From assembly GCA_023213395.1 (NCBI GenBank), contig CM041465.1:177513741-177577740 (forward strand): DNA of 64,000 nt. The letters are read 5' to 3'. The translations under genes and the position numbers were made by a program. The stretch comes from Cycas panzhihuaensis. Its lineage: Eukaryota; Plantae; Cycadophyta. Under the pieces are notes generated by a model. That model saw only the letters and a program-made list of their open reading frames with translations, searched no databases and had not been told where the DNA came from. Of this stretch, positions 1-12,900 are shown piece after piece. The stretch's first letter is position 1. Each line of letters opens with the position of its first letter.

Positions 1-1260
1 TGTTAGCATTGCTAGCTTTTCTTGATTTAGAGTTAGAGCAATTAGATATAAAAACATCTTTCCTACATAGAGATTTAGATGAAGAGATCTATATAGATTA
101 GCCAGAAGGGTTTGTATAGGATAGTAGGAAAAGACTTATTTGCATACTCAAGGAATCATTATATGGCCTGAAGAAATCACCTAATTAATGGTACAAAAAG
201 TTTAATGCCTTCATAGAGAGCTAAAATTTCAAAAGAAGTGAGTATGATCATTGTGTTTACTTTAAGTTGTTGGATAATGGCTTATCCATTGTCTTGGTAT
301 TATATGTTAATGACATACTAATTGTAATGAAGAGCATGACAAAAATTAATAAGTTAAAGGCTCAATTGGCTAGCTCATTTGATATGAAGGATCTAGGAGT
401 TGTAAAATAAATCTTAGGTATGGAGATACATAGAGATAGGAAAAATGGTAAGCTATGGTTGTCATAGCAAAAATATGTGGAGAAGGTGCTAACCATATTT
501 GGTATGGCAAATGTGAAACTAGTGAGTATCCTGTTGGCTTCCCATTTCAAGCTTTCTTCAAGTATGAGCCCTAGTAATGAAGAAGAAAAGGATTATATTT
601 CTCATGTACCTTATACTAATGTAGTAGGAAGTTTGATATATGCCATGGTATATACAAGACCTAACATTTCACATGCAGTTAGTGTAGTTAGTAGGTTTAT
701 GGAAAACCTAGAAAAGGAACATTGAGCAGTAGTAAAATGGTTGCTTTAATATTTGAGGGGCACAAGTGACTATTATATTACCTTTAGAGGTATAGGTAAT
801 CAGGTTTGTGAATATGTTGATTCAGGATTTATAATAGATTTAGATACGAGAAGGTCTACTTTGAATTATGCATTTACTTTTGCTAATGGTCCAGTTAGTT
901 AGAAGTCAAAATTATAGAGCATAATTGTATTATTGACTACATAAGTAGAATATGTTACTGTAACACATGCTTGTAAAGAAGCAATATGGTTGTAGGGTCT
1001 ATTAGTTGAGCTGGAAGGAAATAGGAAAAGATAAAAGTATTTTGTGATAGTCAAAGTGCCATTTACTTAGTAAAGAATCCAGCTTATCATAGTAGGATAA
1101 AGCATATTGCCTTTAAGTACCATTTTATTAGACAGGTTATGGAAGCAGGTGGAGTGACACTTGAAAAGGTTAATACAAAATATAATTGTACTGATATGTT
1201 CACAAAACCAGTACTATTAGAGAAAATCAAATGGTGTTTGACTTCTTTTGGCTTGTAGAA
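1..1260 (+). pseudogene. pol: copia pol remnant (reverse transcriptase RVT_2 + RNase H) with many premature stops
   Basis: ORF 477..725 and the flanking frames match copia RT/RNase H motifs. Stops occur at TGG>TAG/TGA and CAG>TAG positions. Confidence 0.92.
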
Positions 1261-1315
1261 AAGGTGATGAATGGTCCAGGGAAGGTATCAACTAAATTAT
1301 TGTCAAGGTGGAGAT

Positions 1316-1980
1316 TGTTAAATAATATGACAACAATGTTTTGGAGGCTAAAATCTTAACAGGTTGGCAGTGTAGTTTCTCCCCCAAACTTCCGCAGGGG
1401 GATCTAAGGGTGGTGGGAGCCCTCTTTGGCTGGGGGGTGTAAGAGGAGTTGGAACTTCTCCCTCCCCCCCCCCACCCTATAAAGAGAGGGTTCGTGGGTG
1501 ATAGCGCCTGACCCAAAAAACTAGCAGTAAAAATCATACTAAATTGTAAAGAGAATCAGGGTCGTTCATTCAAATTAACCCAAATTTGATGGTCAAGATT
1601 GGTGCCTTATATAACTCTCTTATATAGCCTAATTTAGGGTGTTCTTTCATTATGTTGATGGTATTCGATGTATTAGATGTACTATGAGGAGTTGGGTGTA
1701 TGGTTATTATTGTGAGCATTCTATTGTAGATTATGTACATTTCTCCATTATTTGATAATAAAGATTGATACCTTTCTTGTGTGGATATTTCCCTAGTACA
1801 CTGCTAGGGTTTTACCACGTTATATTGGGTGTATATGTGATGCTTTGGATTTATAATTCATTTATTATATTATCTCTAGATTAATAACTTGAATGTTAAA
1901 TTTCAATTTTGATTCTTGTTCTTAAAATAATTTAGATCTTAATGGCAGTTTCTAATTATTGGGACCTAATTTTCTTAACA
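1316..1980 (+). repeat. 3' LTR (665 bp)
   Basis: Begins directly after the PPT and has 6-bp inverted termini tgttaa/ttaaca. Integrase sequence of a different element resumes right after it. Confidence 0.85.
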
Positions 1981-3790
1981 TTTTCAACCAATATTTTAAA
2001 CTTAATAAATATGTCAAATATTTGACTTCTAGTCTTGAGCATATAAACCTAATATTCCCTATAAAAGTCATCGATAAAAGTAATAAAATATTTACTTCTA
2101 GAGTATAATGGTACTTAGAAAGGACTATAAATATTTAAGTGAATAAGTTCGAGTAGAACTTTTGCTCAAAATGATGTTTGATATGGAAATTGATCTATGT
2201 ATTGTTTACTTGTTACACATGCTTCATAAATACCATATACAATAGATAGGGGTAGAAGCCCATATATCATATCATGCTTATTTAGATATTGTAATTTGTT
2301 ATAACTTATATAGCTAAATTAGGCATTCCACAGTTTGTTGACTGGGTCAGATTTAGCCATAAAGGCACTAAAGGATTCAGTTTTAGTTTGATTTAGATTT
2401 GTTAAACTATACAGACCTATTTTGTGATCACCAAGTCCTAAAGTGATAGTTTTGAATTTATTGGAAGGTTGTTTGATAAGGACTTTATCTTTCCATAGTT
2501 CAACAACTAGGTTTTTTTTGCAGATTTGATAAATTGATAAAAGAGTAGGTAACATTCCTAGAATGTAAAATACATCCTTGATTAAATTATCTTTTAAGGT
2601 AACATCACCAGTATCTTTTACTTTCAATTGAGATCAACTTTTGAATCAGATTGCCTATTCAAAATTAAGATCAAACTGATAGGAAATTAGATATTCTTGG
2701 TGACTCATCATATGATGGGATACACCAAAATATAAGATTCATGATGGTGGTTGTGAAGTAGATGTAAAAAGTGATGATGTGGTAGTAGTTAAAGAATTAT
2801 TAGAATTATGGGATCATTATTGGATCCCTTTAAAAGATTTTTAGGGTTTAGATGTAATTCTATTCCTATAGATGTCTATTGTATACCCCTTTTAATGGTA
2901 GTAAGTATAACTAACATTCTGATTTATGTTGGAATTAAAGGTATTTCACTTTTGGAATGATAGTTTAGAAGTGTTTTGACTTTTTGGTGGTCTAGAGTAC
3001 TTAGTCTTTTGATTAAAGTTGTTTGAAGAAGAACCTCTATGAGGTTTTTGGAGTTTTTGGTAATTATTGTGATTATTGTGATGGCTATTTTGGATTTTAG
3101 ATTTGTTTGGTAGCTTAGACTTGGAAAAAAGATCATGAGAAGGATCTTGCAATTTTTTAGTTTAAATTAATATTATTTAGTGTTTAATTAGTTGATTTAT
3201 TAACTAATTAAAGGTTATTAGAGGGTATCCAGCCTACTACTTAGCAACTTTGAAGAGATTGAAGTGTTAAGGAAGTTTATTAATCGCTAGATAGATGAGT
3301 GTATCGTCGTCTTTTGTATATGTGGTAATTACAACTTTATCACCTACTTTTATTGCAGATTTTATGTAATTTCTTAGATCTTTGTTGATAAGTTGAAGTT
3401 TTAATAAAAAATCTTTAACTTTAGAGAAATCTTCATATTTAAATCATACATTTGTTGTTCAAGCATGACTAGCTTTTATACATCAACCTTATCATACTTT
3501 TCCTTAAGTGTACTTCAGATGAGGGCAAAATCATTTATATCAAAGAAATGCCTACTTATGTCTAGCAAGAGAGAGGGTAGGATGGTATTTAGAGGTCCAT
3601 CACAGTTCATCAAATATACCATATAGGCATATGATGTAGTACATATTGGTTTTGCAAACTCTCACGTGACATATCGCTAAAGCTTTTGTTGCTTAAGGTG
3701 ATGTGATATTCAAGTTTTCCAATTAGCATAATCAGAGCTTATTAAAACTTGAATTGGAGTACAGGAAGTTGTCCCTGGTATGAGTGCCAT
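1981..3790 (-). pseudogene. older copia gag-protease-GAG-pre-integrase remnant, interrupted at 1980 by the element above
   Basis: ATG at 3790 (MALIPGTTSCTPIQVLISSDYANWK, a gag N-terminus). ORF 2319..2627 (KDVFYILGMLPTLLSIYQI...KLWNA) is copia post-protease/GAG-pre-integrase. A degenerate integrase start lies near 2150. Confidence 0.85.
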
Positions 3791-4999
3791 ATTGGACAAG
3801 AAACTGATGACTAGAGATCCTCTTTAATGGAATTTTAAGGGAACAAGAAGGTGAAAAAAGAAATATTAAGCCATAATTAAATATAATCACAACATTTAAT
3901 TTTAATTAAAAGAAAATATCATTAATTAATTATAAAATAAGTAAGCATGAATAAATGTAGTTATATTATTAATTTTTATAAATAACATAAAGAAATGAAC
4001 TATTTTGCACATTAAAAAGTGATTACCAGTAATAAAAAAAGGTGAATTTAATCATACACTTGAAAATTTAAATCAAATATGTAAACATTTGTATATTTAT
4101 AACATCATTTTCATTAAACAATAATGAAATAGTGTTTTAATTATTTACTTAGTAAGTTGCATAAATTTATTAAAATTAAACAAGAAAATGATATAGTTAA
4201 TTAATGGATTTGATAAAAGATTAAATGTGTATTAAATTAAAATAATAATTTTGAAAAATATAAAAAAAAAATCTTGGTTAAGATCATGTACCTAAACTTA
4301 CCTTATTGTATTTAGTTATTTGACTTTGTGTAAGATTTTGCAGATCAAAATGACATCTAAATAGCTTGAAAGACTAGTCAAAATGTCAGTGTCTAAATTA
4401 GGAATCTAACACAACTTCTAGAATTGAATTTAGAGCCTAGTTGAAAAAGTTATAGCCTAAAATATATATCTACCCTATTTGAGATGAGGGAGGGCTGAAA
4501 ATATAGGGGTTAAGCCCCTTTCATCATTATAATAGGGTTACATAGGGGGCTCATATGACCAAGGACTAGCAAAAAGGGGGGTGGAAGACCCAGAAAAAGA
4601 TTAGGACAGATTTTGTAATATTTGAAGTCTGTAAAAAGTTCATATGGTGAGTTAATATGGCCAGGGGTTGGTAAGAAGGGGGTTGGCAAACTAAAATTCT
4701 AAATTTAATTTTATTTAATTTAATTCAAAACATAAAAAAAACTATATATATAAATTGAATTTAATGAACCCAAAATTAGATTGAGATAGATTGTATTCTT
4801 TTTACATTTACAAAAAAGAATAGACTAGATTTAATAAAAATTTCACATCTATTTGGATGGAAAAAATTGAAACTCAAAGATTAACCCTAAAATTTTGGGT
4901 TTGAATGAATTTTGCCAAAAATAGGTTTTTTGCAAGACTAGTTCGGCTTGATCTTCTTGACCATTAAGTGATTTCAACAATAAGAGATTCATCAATAGT

Positions 5000-5448
5000 G
5001 GAGGTAATGGTCACGAAGATGACAAACGTGTATTAGTAGTAGTGTGATTGCATGCATCTACATTGATTTCATGCATTTGCATCCTCAATGCATCTACATG
5101 GCTTCCCTCTATTGTAGGAATCTCTACCTTTTGTGCATCTACATTCTCAGTGCATCTTCAAGTCTACAACAATTACGCATGCATCTTATCTCCATCTACA
5201 TGGCTTGTGATTAGAAAAAATATTGTAGATCAGTTCCAGTATACAAAACATATATTAACTACGAATTATAAGCCTTCCCTAGCTGCAGGCTTTATGTAGG
5301 GGCTCAGTAATATTGAAGCAGCTATTTTAACAATAATTGAAGCAAAATTTTCTAACTACTATATCTAGTGCAAATATGTGATTGATTTACAATGATAAAT
5401 TTGTAATTATTTCTCTGCTTAAACCCTCTCTCCAATATGGTATCAGAG
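5000..5448 (+). mobile_element. 5' LTR (left end uncertain) plus tRNAi-Met PBS of an LTR element with unrecognised interior
   Basis: PBS tggtatcagag at 5438-5448 follows an LTR-like end (ctctctccaata). Several tgcatctacat-like short repeats lie at 5050-5205. Confidence 0.55.
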
Positions 5449-5817
5449 AAAAGAGGTTTTTGAAGCATGGAATCCTCTCAAAAAACTCCAACCACCATCC
5501 ATTGAAGAAATAAAAAATGTAGAGCGAGGAATTAAGGGTTGTGGCCAAATCTTCTAGTTCTAAGAGGATGATAGAGAGTCTAAGATATTAAGAATAACCT
5601 TTAGTATCAGAGTTAGAGTTTGCATAGAAAGAATTAAGAAACAAATCATAAAGTCAATAATGAATGCTTTGACCTAACCAAACACTTATAGATTTATGCC
5701 CAATTTTCCTCCTGCGATTTCATGCACAAACCTATAGAATAGATAGAATCAGAAGAATGTATGAAAGATTGTAGGCTGCAGAAGATGACTATGGGTCTTT
5801 CAATGAATGCTCTTCTA

Positions 5818-6342
5818 TATCAGTATAATTATATTTTGTATTAACCTTCTTAAGTGCCACTCCATCTGCTTCCACAACCTGTCTAATAAAATGGTACTTA
5901 AGGGTAATAAGCTTTGTCCTACTATGATAAGCTAGATTCTTTGCTAAGTAAATGGCACTTTGACTATCACAAAATACTTTTCTATTTCCTTCCAAGTTCA
6001 ACCAATAGACCCTACAACCATATTACTTCTTTACAAGCATGTGTTACAGTAATATATTCTTCTTCTATAGTCAATAATACAATTATACTCTACAATTTTG
6101 ACTTCTAACTAACTAGACCATTAGCAAGAGTAAATACATAACTCGAAGTAGACCTTCTCGTATCTAAATCTATTACAAAGCCTAAATCAACATATTCATA
6201 AACTTAATTACCTATACCTCTATAGGTGATGTAATAGTCACTTGTGCCCCTCAAATATCAAAGTAACCATTTCATTACTACCTAATGTTCCTTTTCTAGA
6301 TTTACCATAAACCTACTAACTACACTAACTGCATGTGAAATG
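5818..6342 (-). repeat. inverted duplicate of 665-1197 (copia RT/RNase H fragment), flanked by a 16-bp direct repeat
   Basis: The reverse complement aligns along its length with 665-1197. aatgaatgctcttcta occurs at 5802-5817 and 6339-6354. Confidence 0.92.
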
Positions 6343-7440
6343 AATGCTCTTCTAGAAGAAATAAATATTAGCTTCAAATGGTACTAGTTGTATCTATAAG
6401 GTGCAAATGAAATATGTTGAAGTCCATATGAAGAAAGGTCCATCTATTGGAATGCATGGGTAACCAGTCACTGCAATTGTTAGTTGTATAGGAACCTCCT
6501 TCAGATACATGGTTCAATCAAATAATTAACTACATTTTGGGAACAAGTTTACGTAGAAAATAAGTTGAGTATCAAAGCAACTACATTTAATTCAAGGCAT
6601 CTAATTTATGGTTCCTTCATTCTCATTTGATGTAACCAATTCATAGGTCCTTCAAAGATAACAATAGGAAACATGCTTTTATAAAGCATCATTTTCTAAA
6701 AATCAATAATACATCTACTAGCAAACAAAATACTAGATGTGATATTGTAAGAAAGAACTATCATAAGTGTATAAGGGGTTATTAAGGGCCTTTAAACAAT
6801 TATAAATAAATAATTTTTACATAATTTCAAACCAAACATAATTATTTTTACTTCCAAATATAAAAATAATGTCACCAAGCTATCATGAATACTAAAAAAC
6901 TATAGGATATGTGAAATCAAATATGAAAAATATCATACAATGTATATTTTATAAAGTTTTCACCATTTGCATGAGCTTTATTGATTAAAATGTCAGCCTT
7001 CTAAATTTTGAAGTGTACCTACCTTGTGACCAATAGTTTTGACCGTCTTAAAACAATGAATCCAACACAAATAATGACACTAAATTTCGATATTTTACAA
7101 AAGGTGATGCTTAGAAATATTCTAGTGACCCATAAAAAAGTGAATGCCCCTTTAGAAAATAGGTTCATATCCAAAAATTCAATCAAATATCAAATAATTT
7201 TTTTGAAAAATAAAAAATGTTTCAAATCAATTAACTCCATTTTGGAGTCTATCCTTTTGCTACTTAGCCCCTAGGTCATATGGACTATCCATACAACCAT
7301 CTACTAACAAAACAATCTTAGCACTATATTTAAAAATTTATAAAAAATAATTAAATTTGTCATACCATATCTAATTTTTTTTAGGTTTCAAAAAAATTAT
7401 TTCTAAAAATATCACGCGACTTTAATTTTTATTATATAAA

Positions 7441-8871
7441 GATTCAATGTGCGATATTGTAATAGCACAAAAATCATGGTTGTGCATCATCTGAGAAGGG
7501 AATTTCTATAGGCTTTGTGGCTATGAGAAGCTTTTTCTCATCCTGGGAAACTGATACAAATGTGAGGTTAAGCATGGCAACTTAGTTTCAAGTGAGTGAC
7601 ACTAATTTGTAGCTATGATCATTTTGATTGAGCATAAGGTGAACCAATATTGGCTAGCATGGCTAGGGGCTATTAATCTAAACTCATTAAATTCTCTGTG
7701 ATGATGAATGATCAGCATGCTCCATTTCTAATTTCATCTATAGCTTTCTCTTTATCTACGATAGCTCTTTCTCGCTAGGTATAGATTGGTAGACGTTAGC
7801 ATTAACTTAGACATTATTTTTAATGGCATTCTTTGTAGAATATAAGTTCAAGATAACACCAACATTATAAGGACAAATATCATGATATTCAATGCTTCAT
7901 CAGTTGTGTGTTAGGGCAACATTACCAATGGGAGGATGTGCCATTTTGACTGGATCTCCTTCATGACTTTATAGATAACTACAAGTCCTATGGACATTTA
8001 TCTATGTAGGTCTTTCCTTAGTGATAAATTTTTCTATTATGGGTAGCTTCCAAATGATTCAAGATAAGAGAGTCACACCATAGGTTTGTCATCGTAGCTT
8101 CGTTGCCTTATAGTAAAACATAGATCCAATTTTGCCTTACAAGATGCCTTGAACAAGATTGATCATACTTGTATTATAAACTTGTTTTTGTTATAAATAA
8201 GGTTATGTAATCTTCCAATGCAGTGGGTGTCTGATTGGGTGAAGGCAAGGGCATTTATTCTCTAACTTTACTAACATCCACTTTGTAGGTTTATGTATAG
8301 GCTCAAACAGGCTTAAGAATATAGATTGATAGGATCTTCACCTCACCATAGTGGCTTGGATCCAAGAATATAAACGTAAAAAATTAATAATAAACATAAA
8401 TTTATAAAGTTTAAACTTTAGGCTATCAAAATATTACTAAACATACTAATATGCGATGGAAAATAAGCTGTGAATTCACTCGTTTCACACTAGCAGCCAA
8501 CCGTAAGCTACCAATCGTAAGCTCTGATATCAAATGAAGGCATAGGGGAGCAGAGCGAGTTAAGATGCCATTGCAATTATCCAATTTCCATGTAAATGAA
8601 GGTAGTACAAGGAGGTATTCCCATCCCTTAAATAGATATTTGGGGAGGTGGCATGCGCCATCACCTGACCTATACATTAATCGATAATGTGTTCAAACAA
8701 TATTAAAAAATAACACTTAATAAATGTTGCACGTACCTTAATAATATTGCGGTGGCTCTAGGTACCTTTAGGTGGCTAGTGAGAGGCTCTATGTGCCCTA
8801 GGGAGCCCTAAAGGTGGCTTTGGGGGACCCTAGGCACATATATCCTTAGGTCATTGGGGGTTATCTTAACA
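7441..8871 (-). mobile_element. LTR element remnant: 5' LTR ~8535-8871, PBS 8521-8532, interior without recognisable gag/pol (left limit uncertain)
   Basis: gctctgatatca at 8521-8532 is the reverse complement of a Met-i PBS with one transition. A TG...CA bounded block lies at 8535-8871. Confidence 0.6.
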
Positions 8872-9882
8872 TAACTTTTGTAATATTGACCTTAAGTTAA
8901 TAGGACATTTAGATTTAGACTGAGTAAGTGACTCTAATGATTAAAAATCTATAGCTAGTTAGGTCTTCTTCCTTGACTCTTCATTGATCACTTGGTCCAG
9001 CAAGAAGATACAATCATTAGTATTATCCATGATAGAAGTCGAATATTGAGCCTTGGTAGAAGCTAACAAAGATTCTCTTTGGCTTAAATCCTTATTAAAT
9101 GAGCTTGGTTTGATTTTTGACTCTTATATTCAAATAAATGTTGATAATCAAGGTGCAATTTCTATAACTACTAATCCTACATCACATTCTAGAATTAAAT
9201 ACATAGATTTACATCAGTATTTTATTTGTAATCTTGTAAATAACAATACTATTAATATGTCTTATTATCCTATAGAGTTACAGATTATTGATATCCTAAT
9301 AAAGCTATTAACTAAATCTAAGTTTATTAAGTTATGAGAACTATTAAAGATTGATAAAGTCTTCATCAATAGAGGATTGACATGTTGAAGTCTTCATTAT
9401 CTACTTCTTATCTTCTTCTTCATCTATTGTACAAAAGATAACATTAAAGGGGGATGTTAGAAATAATTTTTATAAAGTATAATGTTATCTTTCAATTATT
9501 GTAAAATGTAATTATTATAAAATTAATTTATTAAATGTATTACTAAAAGTTTAGTAAAATGGATAATTGTCTATTTCAGCGAACTCTTACCTATCTTTAT
9601 TCTAGAATCATTTAGACATATTTAGGTTTTGGCTAGGTATGCAGGAAGGAGGTTAGGTTACCTACAAAAATATAAGAGACAGAGAGAGAGAGGATGAGAT
9701 CCTCATCATTCATCAATATATTCTATTCTTTATTATTATAAAATTATCAAATTTCTAAGGTGGTTTTTTCTCCCCTAAATGGATTTTTCACCTACCAAAT
9801 CTCTGTGTAAATATGTGGTTGGATTCATATATAATATTAGTGCTTATGCCTATGAATTTATAATGATACCCTCTCTTCAACA
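8872..9882 (+). mobile_element. copia 3' end: RNase H remnant, PPT, 3' LTR 9455-9882
   Basis: ORF 9053..9337 (VDNQGAISITTNPTSHSRIKYIDLHQYF). PPT aaaggggga at 9446-9454. LTR tgttag...ttcaaca. Confidence 0.85.
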
Positions 9883-9987
9883 AATCTATAATAAAATAAA
9901 TTTTGGCTAGAAATATGTCTTTGAATAACCATCACATCTTTATTTTTAGATTTATGATGTTGCACTTCATATTGCACCTCATATAAT

Positions 9988-12900
9988 TATTAGAGAAATT
10001 TTAGAAGTAATTTTAAGAATAATGTATATTTTTGCATGTTGTAATGTTGGAAAATTTTATATGGGCCCCAAACCCAAGCTAACTTGTATTATATAAACAC
10101 ATCATATAATCTTAATTTTGTAATATAATAAAAGGTATCTCACAATACCATTAATGATCCTAGTTCTATTTATTCTTCTATTATTTTATTAATGTTCAAC
10201 ATTATGCTAGAGCTCATTAGGAGAATTTAATCTATTATAAGTTTGCCATTATTGATGTATTTGCAAGTTACCTATATTATTGTTAGGGTTTTAAAGATTT
10301 CAGTTGTGCTAATGTTATGTGAGGTAGTTTTGTTTATGTTTACATGAAGATTGTGCCATAACCATGTGAATATTATCAGAGTTAATCTATTTAATTATTG
10401 ATGAGTTTGATCCAATTTTAGTAAATTTGATCGATTACCATCATTATAAATCATATGTCATTGCTATTATTTTTTTACACAAGTATGATTTTTACGTTAA
10501 GTTTATTCTTTATATATTCTGGTGTATTAAACTAAATTAGAATTTTTTTGGAGTCTATTAACCCCTTACAACATAGCCCCCTGGTCATATGAGAAGCCCA
10601 TATAACTCACTACTAATCTAAGAAGAGTGTTGAAACCCTAATCTCATTAAGTTTTATTCATAAGAAAAAGGTACACGCGCTCTTTTCTTCATAATTTTCA
10701 ACCTTAAGTCCATTTTTTAAATTGTTTAAACCATTGGAATCATGATTTAAAGCCAGTCATTTTGAGCTATTTATTGTATTTTGAAGCAATTTTTAAAATA
10801 AAATTTAGTTCCAAGTTAATGCTTTATATTGGAACCCTACATGGTAACCATATAATCTTGTTTTACATTCAACTGAGTATTTTTCTACCTATTTTGTAGC
10901 CATATGGGAAGCATATTTTAAACCCTAGAGGCTTGTTGTAAGGGTGATAAATCAAAATATTCATATCTTATATTTTGGGGTCCTATCAAGGATAAGGAAG
11001 TAGGAGGAGGTTCTAATTATAGAACAAGATCGATATCACTTAAACAAAGGGATCTCTATGATTATTTTTACTTACTTGATAGTCTTTATAATTGATTATG
11101 CACTTGTTGTAGTTGATTTATATCTACAAAATAGCTTCAGCTTTAGTACAAACTTACACAATTCCTAAACTTACTAGAAAAAATTATTTAATGTGGTTAA
11201 TAAAGATAAAACTTACTTTATCTTCTCATGATTTATGAAGTATAATTGTTGATGGTTATAAGGTTCCTACACGTACTTCTCCTACTACTAAGTTGATTAC
11301 TAATTAAGAAAAAGAAAAAAAATGACCTAAGATAAAGGATATAATAGCATTTAATTTTATTTATGAAATAATTGAAGAACCTGTATTTAAACATATTTAT
11401 GGTGCTTCTACTTCTCATGAAGTATGGAATATATTGAAAACTATATATGATAGTACTAATGATGTAAAATTACAAAACCTAAAAAGTAATTTTAAAAATC
11501 ATAAGATGCATGCTTCAAAGTTTAGGAATGATTTTGTTATTAAAACTTAAGATTTGGTGAATAAAATGACATACTTAGGAGAAGAATTTTTTTAACAAAG
11601 AATTATGGAGAAAATCCTAAGATATATAAGTGAAATTAAAAGTTTAAGAATGTTACTACTACTATAGAGGTTACAAAAAAAATTATCTACATTATCGGTA
11701 GATAATTTATTAGTAATATTGCTCACTATGGATGAAATAAGTAATACCTCTAATAAAAATTTAGAACAAGCATTTGCCTCCATGTAATGCTTGAAGGGAA
11801 GAAATAAGAGACTAAATTATCAAACAAATTGGAATTAGAATTCTCAAGCAAATTGGAGACCAATTTTTCAAATAAATTTTCAAGAAGGAAATTTTTAAGG
11901 GAGAGGAAAACCTCATGGAAGAAGTTTTATGAAAAAAGGAAGAGGAAGTAGAAGGACACCCACGCCTTAAGGAAGAGGAAGAGGAGGTTTTATATCTCTA
12001 TATTATAGATGTGAAATATGTGAACACTTTGTAAATAATTGTCAAGGAGAAATAATTCACTAAATATAGTTATTGATAAGCCAAGGAATGACACTTTGTT
12101 TTATACAAGTTTGAGTGTTAAATCTTCAAATGTCGAATGGTATATTGACTATGAATCTTCTTCACATGTCTTACAGTATTGATCTATTTTTAAAACTTGA
12201 AGAATATGACAATAAGAGTAATGTCATCTTTGGTGATGACAATACTTAACAGATTCAAGGAAAATGTGTTGTTTCCATTCAAACATGTGATGAAGAAAAC
12301 AATAATATTGAGAATGTTTTGCGTGTACCAAGATTGAAGAAGAACTTGTTATCTATTGGACAAATTATGGAACAAAAATATAAATTAATATTTAACAATA
12401 ATAAATGTAAAATTAGTGACAAGTTGAATAATGGTGTGATAGTTACTGAAGGTCAAATGGCTCAAGACATATTATTCAAACCTGTGCTTTGTTCATAAGC
12501 TTAAGTCTTGAATGCTTCAATTAGTGATGATAGCATACTTTGGTATAATAGATATGATTATCTTAATTATGTTGGACTTATTACTTTGAGAAAGAAATGA
12601 ATGATAAAAGGTATTCTATTTATTCAAGGAAATAATGATGTTTGTGAAGGTTGCAACTATGGTTAACATCATAGAAATAGTTTTTTAAAATCTCAATTTT
12701 GTGCTCAACATCCTTTAGAATCGGTGCATGTTAATTTGTATGGTCCTTTGAGAATATTAACATTTGAAAATACAAGATACTTCATGATATCAATTGATTA
12801 TTTTATGAGAAATATTTAGATTACTTTCTTAAGGAAAAATCTAAAACATTTTTTAGATTTGTTGAATATAAAGTAATGGTTGAAAGATAAAGTGGATACA

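Larger units (their letters stand above)
1..1980 (+). mobile_element. Ty1/copia LTR retrotransposon, 3' part (RT-RNase H, PPT, 3' LTR); Tork/Tnt1-like
   Basis: Decayed RT (LYVNDILI; YTNVVGSLIYAMVYTRPNISHAVSVVSRFM) and RNase H (FCDSQSAIYL..NPAYHSRIKHI). PPT caaggtggagat at 1304-1315. LTR 1316-1980 has TGTTAA...TTAACA ends. Confidence 0.93.

Noticed and set aside
5000-9882. Pairing the LTR ending at 5437 with the LTR 9455-9882 as one element
   Set aside because: Only the last ~15 nt and one short motif are similar. The LTR bodies do not align.
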